Of a stretch of 64,000 nucleotides of DNA, positions 37,526 to 50,495 are shown in pieces. Under the pieces are notes generated by a model. It was not told the DNA's origin, ran no database searches, and worked only from the letters and a program-made list of their open reading frames with translations. How positions within the stretch are numbered: the first letter of the stretch is position 1; each line of letters starts with the position of its first letter. Source of the stretch: Octopus vulgaris (lineage: Eukaryota). The stretch covers positions 29,078,001-29,142,000 of the forward strand of contig OX597826.1 of NCBI GenBank assembly GCA_951406725.2, in the 5' to 3' direction. Made by a program: the position numbers and the translations under genes.

Positions 37526-38261
37526 TTTTTCCACAAAAAGGGCCTGTGTGTGTGCATTTATATTAATTCCAATATGTACATGCATCTGTGGCACTGCATA
37601 TATCTGTTTTCATATGAAGATACATGCAAACATTCATTGTCATGTGCTGGTTTGTATGCATTGTAAATATAATGTGCATTAGCGAGTGCATACGTTGATA
37701 TAGTCAGTGTGTTTACGTGTGTGTACATGTGTGTGTGTGTGTGTTTTAATTTGTAATCGGTAGCGTTGACTCTGTTGCATTAGTATGCTTCGACTCGAAC
37801 GGCAGAAATTTCATAGATACCGTAACACCAATGCAATATCTGCAACTGCTGCGACTGTGGTGGATAATCATCAGTGAGGCTATTTTTAGTAGCCACCACA
37901 TCAACACCAGGGAAATGGCATCTGTATCATCTGTGCCCTCTCAAGACCAGTTTCTGCTGGCGCTGTGACATCGCTCTTCCACGTTTGCGTGTGCCAGTTG
38001 CATGCACAGCTCTTTATTACAACAACATCTGCAACTGCTGTCACATAATCATACAAATATCCAGCTTGTTAGAGAATTCCTAATGCTTTCTTTCATCCCA
38101 ACCACCCCCACAGCACCACCACCACCTGCTACAGCCTTTACTACTACTACTACTATTACTAATACTACCACAAACACCAACTCCACCATCAAATGAAACT
38201 CACCCTCCTGGCAAAGCCCATCCAGTCCTACCCTCAAAGTTATTCACTTTGCGCACAGGAA

Positions 38262-38980
38262 TAGCTGTCTGGTAAGAAGCTTGCTTACCAACCACATGGT
38301 TCTGGGTTCAGTCCAACTGCATTGCACCTTGTCTTCTAGTATAGCCTCAGGCCAACCAAAACCTTGTGAGTAGATTTGGTCGACAGAAACTGAAAGAAGC
38401 CCATTGTATATATATATATATATATGGATGTGTGTGTGTGTGGAGGCGCAATGGCCCAGTGTTTAGGGCAGTGGACTCGCGGTCGTAGGATCGCGGTTTC
38501 GATTCCCAGACCGGGCGTTGTCAGTGTTTATTGAGCGAAAACACCTAAAGCTCCATGAGGCTCCGGCAGGGGATGGTGGCGAGCCCTGCTGTACTCTTTC
38601 GCCACAACTTTATCTCACTCTTTCTTCTGCTAGCCTGCTCGCTTAGCCAGCAGGGTGGTGTCATTTGAAGGCTAAAACAATGCGAAGTGCATTGTGACCA
38701 GCGATGTGTAACAACATCTGAATAGTCTGGTTGGTCACGGTGATATATATATATGTATATGCATATGTTTGTATGTCTGTGTTTGTCCCTTCTCAGCGTC
38801 GCTTGACAACCAATGTTCATGTGCTTATGTCCCTGTAACTTAGCAGTTCAGCAAAAGAGACCAATAGAATAAGTACTAGGCTTACAAAGAATAAGTCCTG
38901 GGCTTGATTTGTTTGACTAAAGGTTGTACTCCAGCATGACTGCTGTCAAATCTCTGAAACAAGTAAAAGAATAAAAGAAT
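38262..38980 (+). mobile_element. SINE family B with a younger tRNA-derived SINE nested at 38443-38743
   Basis: Family B head/tail; nested GGAGGCGCAATGGCCCAGTG..GGTTTCGATTCCC copy retaining CpGs. Confidence 0.8.
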
Positions 38981-39559
38981 ATAGCTGGAAATTTCCAGGT
39001 ACTGTAAGCTTACTAGAATGTGAGTCTCTAGATAGTTCCCTGTTCTGCTGGAAACAACAGTCAAATTTCCTTCAAATTAGTGCTTCTCATTTAAGATATG
39101 GAAGGACACACTGGTTTAAGATAAAAGCATGTCTGAAGAACTACGAATTTGTGCTGCAAACAGCTTGGACTGGATCGGCACTGACCTGGGGCTAAACAAC
39201 ATCAACAACAAATAGACAAATACAGGTGTTATGTGTTTTTGTGAAGTGAAACCATTCAACCTGGAATGAAGCTAGCCTCTCAGTACTGGTCAACCCTACA
39301 GTGTACTACATATGCACAGTACAACATTGAACACATTACTGTTAAATTACTGCTGTTAGCCACTTGGATTGAAGAACTGGTAGGGGAGGTCTTTCAGTAT
39401 ATATATGTATACATGCAAAAACGAAAGATAGCAAAAGGTGGAAACTTTCAGGCGATGAATATTTAAGTATGAATATATAGATATTTATACTTAGAGATCC
39501 AATTTACACAGGGTACAAAAGACAGAGAAAATTGAAGGGGAGGAAGAAAGGTGTTACAA

Positions 39560-39685
39560 CTCCAACAGCTGTTTCTGGGGGGTTCAGAGATCCTTTATAA
39601 TGTTGGTAGATGTAGTTCATCTCAACATGCGGCTGTAATGGAAGCAGTGAACACTGGATAAACTCAGCCTCTGTCATCAGGGTAG
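39560..39685 (-). ncRNA. Hammerhead-like motif with long stem II insert
   Basis: Minus strand acc-CTGATGA-...-GAAACAGCTGTT-gga; stems partly decayed. Confidence 0.5.
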
Positions 39686-39799
39686 AAAATATCTTACATT
39701 TTGTATATGTATATCACTGTTATTGATTTCTATTTTTGATACAAGGCCAGCCAATGTACAGAGTTCTATGTAGTTGAAATCCAGGAGATCCAATCAGTG

Positions 39800-40238
39800 A
39801 AATTATTTCGTGAGAATTATAGAGACCATAAAAAGTTAGGAGATATGAGAGGTGAATATATTTATTTAACCACTTGATATCCATAGGATTACAGCTGTTT
39901 CATAACCTTTATTGTATGATAATAATTTCAGTGTATAATAAATTATTTTACATGTCTGCACTAATATGTGTGCTCCATATTACAAGGTACAATTGTACAT
40001 TTACAAATCAATGCAGATATAGAAGGCTTGCTCTTCAGATCACCAGAACATCACTGTTTACATCAATGCTTCAGCTCTTGAGTTGAGATAACCATGATGT
40101 TCTGGTGATCTGACGCTTTATGATCTATGTACTCCTATTGAATTAATTTCATAGATTGGCTCTCCTGGATTTCAGCTGCTTGGAACTCTGCCTTATACTC
40201 CTCCACTTTGGATTTCTGTGTGGTATGATAGCCAGATC
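39800..40238. repeat. Copy 1 of 439-bp direct duplication (contains minus-strand hammerhead-like motif 39886-40042)
   Basis: Nearly identical to 40954-41392; rc reads GAT-CTGAAGA..GAAACAGCTGTA-ATC; 19-bp inverted repeat TCAGATCACCAGAACATCA / TGATGTTCTGGTGATCTGA. Confidence 0.9.
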
Positions 40239-40953
40239 CCCCAGAAGAGCTTTCTGTGATTGCCACAGGATTCTATGTATCCATATATTGCACTTCAAAT
40301 TTACATACATATATGTGTATGTATATATCATCATCATGAGGTAGACAAGAATACATTGAAGCTGAGTTTTTCAACAACTGAATGTCCTTCCTGTTGCTAG
40401 CCTCCTTCCTCAGCATCTTAGGAGACTTTTGCTTACAGTGATTGCACAGCATATCAAGACATGTCAGAAAGAAGGATATCTTTGCAGGGTGGACTACATT
40501 CACATGCACACACATGCACAAGCCATTTTTCAGTTTCTGTCTACCAAATTCACTCTCAAGGCATTGATTGGCTTGAGGTTAGAGTCAAAGACACTTGCCC
40601 AAGGTTCCACACAGTATGACTGAACCCAGAACCATGTGATTGGGAAGCAAACGTCTTTCCCACATGACAACACCTGCACCTGTATGAGGACGACCACAGC
40701 TATGATGTTCATCAGACTTATGACATCATATTTTTCAGAGTTATGATGGTCATTTCATTTATGATATCATACAGGAGGGTCATGATTGAAATGCTTTTTA
40801 TCATAGGCTTGTGCTGTCAGGACTGACCTAGGGTTAAACAACAACAGCCATAGTTATCATACTTCTGCTTGACATTCTCACATGTCAACCACCTGTGGTT
40901 GTGATGACAAACAAGCCTCTATGTAATTCCTTCACCCACTAGAAATAACAACC

Positions 40954-41392
40954 AAATTATTTCATGAGGATTATAGAGATCATAAAAAGTTAGGAGGTAT
41001 GAGAGGTGAATATATTTATTTAACCACTTGATATCCATAGGATTACAGCTGTTTCATAACCTTTATTGTATAATAATAATTTCAGTGTATAATAAATTAT
41101 TTTACATGTCTGCACTAATATGTGTGCTCCATATTACAAGGTACAATTGTACATTTACAAATCAATGCAGATATAGAGGGCTTGCTCTTCAGATCACCAG
41201 AACATCACTGTTTACATCAATGCTTTAGCTCTTGAGTTGAGATAACCATGATGTTCTGGTGATCTGACGCTTTATGATCTATGTACTCCTATTGAATTAA
41301 TTTCATAGATTGGCTCTCCTGGATTTCAGCTGCTTGGAACTCTGCCTTATACTCCCCCACTTTGGATTTCTGTGTGATATGATACCCAGATC
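40954..41392. repeat. Copy 2 of 439-bp direct duplication
   Basis: About a dozen substitutions relative to copy 1, no indels seen; lies inside a 17-bp TSD together with the following SINE. Confidence 0.9.
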
Positions 41393-41399
41393 ATGGCTA

Positions 41400-41623
41400 T
41401 CAGGTGGCGATCTGGCAGAAACGGTAGCATGCCAGGCGAAATGCTTAGCGGTATTTCGTCTGCCATTACATTCTGAGTTCAAATTCCGTTGAGGTCGACT
41501 TTGCCTTTCATCCTTTTGGGGTCGATAAATTAAGTTCCAGTTACGCACTGGGGGTTGATGTAATCGACTTAATCCCTTGTTTGTTCCCTCTGTGTTTAGC
41601 CTCTTGTGGGCAATAAAGAAATA
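41400..41623 (+). mobile_element. SINE with GGTCGATAAATTAAGT central domain and Tx1-like 3' tail
   Basis: GGTGGCGATCTGGCAGAA head, GAGTTCAAATTCC B box, tail TGTTCCCTCTGTGTTTAGCCTCTTGTGGGCAATAAAGAAAT; related head/body at 59024-59240 and ~55060-55260. Confidence 0.8.
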
Positions 41624-42624
41624 AGAAATAACAACCAAATCCCCCTCAGATCACGCTTAAAAAGGAGCAAAAGGAGATATCAAGTATTGTAGTTCTAGAT
41701 GCTCCTATCACTCCAAAGACAAACCTTAGGTAGTGTGGTCATTTTGATCAAAGGTCTGCTCAATCAGGACTGTCCTGGGTCTAAACAACAGCAACCAGCT
41801 CAGTGCTTCTCAGCCGGATTTTGCTCATGGACCCCCCTTTTATTCCTGTTTTACCCTACTAGTCCGGGGCTCGATTTGCTCGACGAAAAGCGGCGCTCCA
41901 GCATGGCCGCAGTCAAATGACTGAAACAAATAAAAGAATATATATATAAATATATACATGCATGCATACACACACATCCACATATATATACACACACACA
42001 CCTCTATGTTTGTCTCCTCCTCTCTCTCTCTTTCTCTATCTATTTATGTATACATATGCATGCACACACATTTACTGTTAATTTCATTCTTATATATACA
42101 GGCACACGTACGACAACACCATACACTGTAACCATTCTATATCATTTCTATACACAAACACACACATCACACATACACACAAAATCAACATGTACATAGA
42201 TACATACATACATGCATACATACACACACACCATTCATGAGTACACACTTTTCACATATGCACACTCACACAAACACACCAGCACCACCTTCTCCATTCT
42301 CTAAGCACACGTAGTTCTGCACACTTGCACATACATACACACATTGCCATTTGCTTGCATGTATTCATATGCACGTTCAAAGCAGTCACACACACAGAGG
42401 CACAGTGTGCACTGGCAAATATGCATAGACACACATACCGACACACTACTGGAATGGAAGAACAGAAGGGAGATGGCAGACGATGGAGAGAGAGGGGAGA
42501 GAAGGGGGTGGTTGTGAGAAAGGATGGGGAGAGGTGGGTGAGGAAGAGGAGGAGATGGTACTATCAATCAAATGAATGAGATTAGATATTTAGAGTAGTG
42601 GTGGGAGATAGGGAGAGACTTACA

Positions 42625-42997
42625 TGCAGATAGATAGATTAGATAGATAGATAGAAAGATAGATAGATATAGATAGATTAGATAGATAGATAGAAAGATA
42701 GATAGATATGGATAGATAGATAGATAAATAAATAGATGGATAGATAGAAAGATAGATAAGGATAGATTGATAGATAGATAGACAGTCATACATGCATACA
42801 GTCAAATAGATGGACAGGTAGACAGATAAATGGATATGTAGATAGATTGATATGCAGATAGACAGATTGATAGATAGATAGGCAGACAAATAGACAGAGA
42901 TAGGTAGACTGATAGATTGATAGAAAGAGAGAGAGGGGAGTGACAAAATGGAATAGATAAGTAGTTAGGTAGGTAGATAACCAATTAGATAGTTAGG

Positions 42998-43030
<33 letters not shown>
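42625..43030. repeat. Degenerate (GATA)n tract
   Basis: Direct reading. Confidence 0.9.
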
Positions 43031-43031
<1 letters not shown>

Positions 43032-43343
43032 CATTGATATGGTGACATAGAAATCATAGAAAAAGACTTTGTGTGTGTGTGTGTGTGTGTAAAGGAAGAT
43101 AGCTAGCAAGCCAAATATATGGATAGATGTAGCTTGTACTGAGAGATAGGCCCAGCATAAAAGAGATACAGGTTGGGCATGGACGTGTGTGAGAAAAGGA
43201 AGAAAGATAGATGCACAGAGAGAGAGAGAGGTGGGTATACAGAATGTGGATGTAATGAGGTGTGTTTGTATAAGGGACGGTGTATATTGAAGAGCATACA
43301 CACAGAAGGATGAGGTAAGATTGTCCAAGTGCAAATCACTCTT

Positions 43344-43414
<71 letters not shown>

Positions 43415-43942
43415 TTCAGCCCCGAGAAGATAAATGGCTGTATATTTAGAAAGAAAGAACTGGAATAGGTTAGAGAGAGAGAAAAAGAGAAGAGGGGAGT
43501 TTGTAGAGGTAGAGAGACAGATAGATTGAGTGTGTAAGAGAAAAATAGATAAATATAGAGGCAGAAAGGCTAAAAGACAAACAGGTAGAGTAAGGGAGAG
43601 GAAGAAAAAGATAAATATGAGTGTGTGTGTGTGTGTGTGTGCCTGTGTGTACCTGTGTATGTATGTGTGTATGTTGTAAAGGTGGGTGGGTGGTGGGGGG
43701 TTTGAAATGTTGAGTCAAGCAGGGCTGTACAACAACCTAATCTGTATTCAAGATGGCCGGTTACATTTGTTTTCATTGAAGAAAATTAACTGAAATTGAT
43801 CCCAGTTCTCTTGCTTGGTGCTTGGCTTTTCCAAGGAGAAAAGGACGGTGGTGGTGGTGGTGGTGGTGGTGGTGGCGGTGGCGGTGGCGGACACTGTGAT
43901 AAGTCAATCTATCATGTCTGCATTTATTCTAACACTGACTCA

Positions 43943-43984
<42 letters not shown>

Positions 43985-44122
43985 TTTGCATACATACACT
44001 CCACACGTGCATACACGTATACATACCCATGCATGTGACTACACTCTCACACACACAGACATACGCACACACACGCATGCACTCATACCTTCCGTTTTGT
44101 GCTTTTTCTTTGCTTCTTTCAT

Positions 44123-44153
<31 letters not shown>

Positions 44154-44827
44154 AAAGCTGTCCTTCATGCACACACATACACCTGCATACGCTTTCTGTC
44201 TCACACAAGTTCCTCCTCTTACACATACAGACACACACATATATGCAATCTGTCTTTCATACATACACACATGCACATACACACACCCAAAGTCTCACAC
44301 AAATGCAACCACCCCCACCCACCGCCCCACCTCCCCTCTTACACCCATGTGCCAAAAGAAAATAGCCATAAACGTCTTCACCAGTCACTTTGGCTCATAA
44401 AAACCAATGTTCTGCTAATCCACATTGTTTAGCGCCAAACGTATGAAAGATGACTCTCTCTCTCTCTCTCTCTCTCTGTACCCCTTGTCCATTCACAAGA
44501 CTGGAGACCTATCTACTTCTTCAATGCCAGGTAAACTAACACACACATACACACACACGAACAAACAACCAGGCAGTAGTTGTCGTAAATGCAACCTTTC
44601 TAGGAGACCTGCAACTCAAAAATAAGAAATAATATTCGATGAAGAGGGCCCGACATCTCTTGTTGTTTTTGCCCTGGCCCTGAGTCATCACCATCACTAT
44701 CATCATCATATTGACATCTGCTTTTCCATGCTTGCATGGGAGTCAAATGGATTTTATTGATGCAGTGACCTGTAAAAAGCACCAACCGATCGTGGCCATC
44801 TGCCAGCCACCTCTGGCCCCTGTGCTG

Positions 44828-45011
44828 GTGGCACTTAAAAAGCACCCACTACACTCACGGAGTGGTTGGCGTTAGGATGGACACCCAGCTGTAGAAACAC
44901 CGCCAGATCAGACTGGAGCCTGGCGCAGCCACCTGGCTTCCCAGATCCCAATTGAACTGTCCAACCCATGCTAGCATGGAAAACAGACGTTAAACAATGA
45001 TGATGATGATG
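44828..45011 (+). mobile_element. (GAT)n-tailed retroposon 3' fragment (family C)
   Basis: GGTGGCACTTAAAAAGCACCC..CATGCTAGCATGGAAAACAGACGTTAAAC(GAT)n; copies at ~26865-27025, 34195-34385, 45490-45665 and on the minus strand at 23740-23890, 53020-53260. Confidence 0.75.
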
Positions 45012-46633
45012 CTTTTCCTGCCACCAGCCCTTACTTGTTTTCAAGCTAGGTATTATTTATTCCCCGTGGCCTGAGATGTTTTTGCAGAATATTGGAAATG
45101 AATGACACAGCCTGTATGATTGTCATAATACACATTTAGAACTGTCAGGCTCTAAGAGATACAAAGAGAGACAAAGAGACACTCACTTATGCATACACAC
45201 GTATATGTGTGTACATATATACATACATGTTTACATACATATATATATATATATCTATATATTTCGGTGCGAATAGTTTTTTATTTGGCGGCATGATTTA
45301 CAATCCTGTAAAGAATAATAATGGTATTTTTATATAAGCTCAAAGCTTATGGCGATCACCATGTAATGACCAAGGAAAATAGTCTAATAAAGGGGCATAT
45401 AAGCTCCTGACAGAAAGAAAACAGGCTTTCCTATCCACATGGATATATATATTTATATATATATATATATATGTATATGTGTATACATATAGTGCCACGT
45501 AAAAAGCACCCAGTACACTCTGTAAAGTGGTTGGCATTAGGAAGGGCATCCAGCCATAGAAACCATATAATAAGCAAATGGAGCCTGGCATAGCTCTCTG
45601 GCCTTGTCAACTCTTGTGAGACTGTTCAACCCATGCCTGCATGGGAAGCAGATATTAAATGATGATACACACACACACACACATATCCAAGTTTGTATGA
45701 TTGTGTATAGAAGAATATATATTAATCAATGAAATTCCAACTTGGTCTGATTTCAGTTTTATTATTTACAATTTTACAAAATATTGAAATAAACTAGTAC
45801 TTTCGTGCTATACGCAATCATCAGGTTTATGTAGTGACCGTCATGTTCTATAACTGTACAGAAGTCTATCATATGTGTGTGCGTGTGTTTCCTGTCATTT
45901 TGCAGTTCAACATGGGGATTGATAAAATAAACATTAATGACTTTTAGGGATGTAGTATTTCGTTCTGCAACCATAATATATTAAACGCATTTAGTATATC
46001 AAATACTTTTATAAGTCAATGCCATCTTCTACTGTGTTAGCAGTGCTCTTATATCACTTGTTAAGGTTATCCCTACAGATTTTCTGTAGAAATTATAACT
46101 GGCGCTGATTTGGTCCGACATTTCGTATCCAAGATCGTTGTTCACACATACACACACATGTAGTCCCTTTATTGTGGGGTTGCAAGGACTATTTTGTTAG
46201 CTGAATTACTCCTAATTCTCCTGGATAGTATCAGCGCTAATGTATGTGAAACAGTGAGCTTGAGATGTGATAAACAGCTTTGTTCTGGGTGGGTGGGGAC
46301 TCCATAGACTATCATATCACCTAAATGTTAATCACCTTGCTCCCCTATTTCCTGCCAGCCAACCATCTTCTCCGTCTGCTATTCACAGGAAAATCTTAAA
46401 GGCAGAATCCTCAGGCATCTCCTCCATAGGATCCTTTCACAAATAAGTTATTAGAATTTCCAGATGGATTTCCCAAGCATGACCAGTGGAAACTATGGTT
46501 ACGATCCAACCATCTTGTTCTTGGTCTGCTTTTATATCGCCACACAAAATGCTTAACTGCTCAGCATGAAGAATCCCTCTTGTGATTTTGCTCCTATGTC
46601 TCCTCTATTTCTTAATCTCTGTATATGTGTGTA

Positions 46634-47958
46634 CGAGGTGATATCAAAAAGTTCCCGGGCTAGCTGTGTAGCACACCAACAGATGGCAGCACATGGTTGA
46701 GGGCACAGTGAAAGTTAGTAGTGACATTCTTGAGGCAGTCTGCTGAGTGACATACTCTTTACTCTTTTACTTGTTTCAGTCATTTGACTGTGGCCATGCT
46801 GGAGTACTGCCTTTAGACGAGCACATCAACCCCAGGACTTTGTAAGCCTAGTACTTATTCTATCGGTCTCTTTTGCCGAACCGCTAAGTTACGGGGACGT
46901 AAACACACCAGCATCAGTTGTCAAGTGATGTTGGAGGGACAAACACAGGCACACAAACATATACATACACACATACATATAAATATATATATACACACAT
47001 ATATATGACGGGCTCCTTTCAGTTTCTGTCTGCCAAATTCACTCACAAGGCTTTGGTTGGCCTGAAGCTGTAGTAGAAGACACTTGCCCAAGGTGCCACG
47101 AGACTGAACCTGGAACCATGTAGTTTGTAAGCAAACTACGTATCATGCAGCCACTCCTACGCCTGTGTTTACTTCGCAAGTTGTGAAATTTGTCTTTTTG
47201 TGATCACATGTATGCTGTAGTCATGGACAGGAACAAAGAACCAGCGTGAAATTTTGTGTTAAACTTGGGAAGTCTGCCACAGAGACATTGAGTATGCTCC
47301 AGCAAGCTTATAGTAATGAGGCAATGGGTCATTCGCAGTGTTTCGTGTGGCGTAGGTGCTTCAAAAATGGAAGAATGTTCTGAAAGACCTGCCATGAGCA
47401 TTACCAACCCCACCCCCAGAAATATAGTATTGTGGATCAAGACTTCATCCCCCAGGGCTGGACTGTCAATTGAGAGTTCTACTGCAATATTTTGAAGCAT
47501 TTGAGGGAAGACATTCAATGAAAGCGACCGAATCGGTGGAGTGCAAAGAACTGGATTCTTCACTGAGCTTCCATCACTCATGAGTTTCTCACCGAAAGCA
47601 ACATGGCATCACTTCCACAACTGCCCTATTCACCAGATTTAGTACCTGCAGATATCTATCTCTTCCCCAAGATGAAAATTCAGCTGAAAGGTCACTGTTT
47701 TAACGCCGTTGCTGAGATCAACGGCAAATCACAGAAGGTCCTTGACTCACAGAAAATGGCTTCCAGACCAGATTCCAAAATTGGTAAGAATGCTGGGACT
47801 GATGTGTTGCTGCACAAGGTGACTATTTCAAAGGAGATGATATTAGTAAATGGCAGGCCCCAGCATGGCCACAGCTTATGAGCTGAAACTAGTTCCATCC
47901 AAATAAGTTTATTTTTTATTAAACATAACGAGTCCGGCAACCTTTCGATACCACCTTG
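46634..47958 (+). mobile_element. Decayed mariner element with nested SINE
   Basis: TA-CGAGGTGATATCAAAAAGTTCCCGG ... CCGGCAACCTTTCGATACCACCTTG-TA; EQRTSVKFCVKLGKSATETLSMLQQAYSNEAMGHSQCFVW (N-term HTH) and LPYSPDLVPADIYLFPKMK remnants. Confidence 0.9.
46762..47165 (-). mobile_element. SINE family B nested in mariner
   Basis: Homologous over full length to 10740-11103. Confidence 0.85.
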
Positions 47959-50305
47959 TACATGTGTTTCCATACATGATGTTTACACTCACTTGTAATG
48001 ACCATGCTGACATAGATGCATTGGTCAGATGCATTGGGCTGTTACTTGGTCCTTCAGTGTTTTCTTGACCAACTTTGGCCATTGGTGGGTTCCGAGCTGT
48101 GTCCAACCAACTTTTAAACCGATTCTCTCTCTCTGAATTCTCAATTAGCCTGGTCTGTTCTGTGTTTGATTAGCAGATCACTTCTCTCCTCCTCCTGCTA
48201 TATCTGTTATCTCCCACCGCCGCTACCACTAGCCTAGACCTCCCTCCCCCCCATTTATATCAAATATTCTCCCCCCCTACTACTCCCACCCAGCCTGTCT
48301 CCCACACCCACTCATCTCGTCTCATTGTTTAATTAACGTTAGATTTCAACACACACACACACACACGCATGTGTAGATACTCTTATACACAATACATACA
48401 AACATATACATTCACATATCCTCACATACATCGATATACACACACACACACAATACTCACATACACACACCCACACATATATGTACATACATCCTCACGC
48501 ACTCAAATACATATAACCACATACATATACACACACACATACGTAATATATTCACAGTCCATGATATATTTTTTTTGTTTTTCTTATGTTACTATTTGAT
48601 CTTTATTTTTTTTTCTTAATTTTTATAATTGTTACTGTTGTAATTACAATTCTTGTTGTTTTCCTAATTGGTGTTTTTGTCATTGTTACTGTTTTTCTAT
48701 TATTATTATTATTATCATTATTATTATTATAATTTGTAATTTTATTGTTTCCTTATATTTGTTTTTTCATGCTTGTTGTTGTAATTGTTGTTTTATAATT
48801 AGTATTTTCCATTGTTATTAGTTTTGTTGTTGCTGTTGTTGTTCTCGTTGGTGCTTTTCTTTGCAGTTTTAATTTTGAACTTATGCATATTTTTTTTAAT
48901 CATATATATATATATATGTATATTTGTTATGCGTTATTTGGATAATTAATCAATCTTCTATTATTGGTTAACAATCATTAATTGGGAAGTTAGGGGTGGG
49001 TGAGGAGAAGGAACAGTGCGTGTGTGTGTGCTCTCTGCCTCCTTGGGGTAGATGTAATTTGTATGTTTGTGTGTGTATATCTATGTTTCACTGTCTGTAT
49101 GTGAATATGCCTGTAACGCTCTGTGTTTAATTGTCTGTATGTGTTTTCCTGTGGGTAGACATCATACATCATCATCATCATTTGGTGTCCACCCTTCCAT
49201 GCTTGCATGGGTCCAACAATTTGTTGAGGCAGGTTTCCTACAGCTGGATGCACTTCCTGTTGCCAACCCTCACCTGTTCCCAAGTGAGGTAATATTTCCC
49301 TGTGACCAGCCATGTTTTCCATGGAAGACTGGAAACAAGGACACAGCTTGCATAATGATGACATTGTCTACATCGCATAAAGTCATGGTAAGGAGACAGT
49401 AATGCATACACACACGCGTGTGCATGCACGTGCATATATTATTCTATGATTGAATGCCACTCATCCTCTTCCAAGTAAGTTTTATCTTGATAATTCTGAT
49501 GCGCACACTACTATCTTTTTACTCTCTTGTTTTTCTCTCTCTTATTCTTTTACCTCCTCTTCTCCCATTATTCTATCCTATTACTCTTTTCGTTTTTCTC
49601 CCTTTCTTTCTCTTATTCTTCTACCTCCCCTCTCCCCCTCCTGTTTTTTTCTCACTTATCCTCACTTATCTCCAATTTTTTTCTCTTCCTTTCATAGTTC
49701 CCTGTCTGTCACTCTCTTGCTCCCTCACTCTTCCTCCCTTGCTCACATGGCTCCCACATGACCATCGGCTATCTTTCTTCTCCTAACTTATGTTTCTTTC
49801 TTTCTGTCCGTTGTAGCTGGATCAAGGAAGCCGTGTTCTTTTCTGTCTCCTGTCCAAGCTTGATTTACGTGTTCTCCACCACAACCTCGTTTAGGCTTAG
49901 CAGCCCTTCCTCTTTGTTTTCACTGTCCTGTTTGTGTTACCTATTTTGACCCTCCGCAAAATCCCAAATTTTATTTAATTTGGTTTGTGGGAGCAACTGT
50001 TTTATCGAAAGCTTATCCTGTTAAATGCTCGCAATACGAGAGTAGAAAAACAGCCAACAACTGATGAAGGGTCGTTCTTTATGTTGTTTGTCTTGTTTTC
50101 CATTTGTGTCTTTCATTGTTCGAAAAAATAGTTCATATTCTATGTACTCATAGTTCATATTATTTGTTGTACACTTTTTGTGATGCCCTGTGCCCACATA
50201 TGCATATATATATATATATATATATATATGTATAGATGTAAATATATACATATGTATATGATATATATATATATTATTTATATTATATATATATATATAT
50301 ATATA

Positions 50306-50495
50306 CAGTAATCTCTCAACTATTGTGGGTGTTGTGTTCCAAAACCTCCCACAGAAATAATTAAAATGTAAAAAAATATAAATACCTTTCGGCCGTAAAA
50401 ACCCACAATATACCAAGGAGTCGCTGATATAAATTTACATATATTAGCCAGAAAAACCCACTATGTTCTGAATGCACAATAGGCGACACGCGATT
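50306..50495. mobile_element. Tigger-like MITE, one end
   Basis: TA-CAGTAATCTCTCAACTATTGTGGGTGTTGTGTTCCAAAACC terminus; other TIR not seen. Confidence 0.45.

Noticed and set aside
39800-41392. LTR pair of a small LTR element (TRIM)
   Set aside because: No TG..CA termini, PBS or PPT; the TSD encloses only copy 2 plus the SINE.
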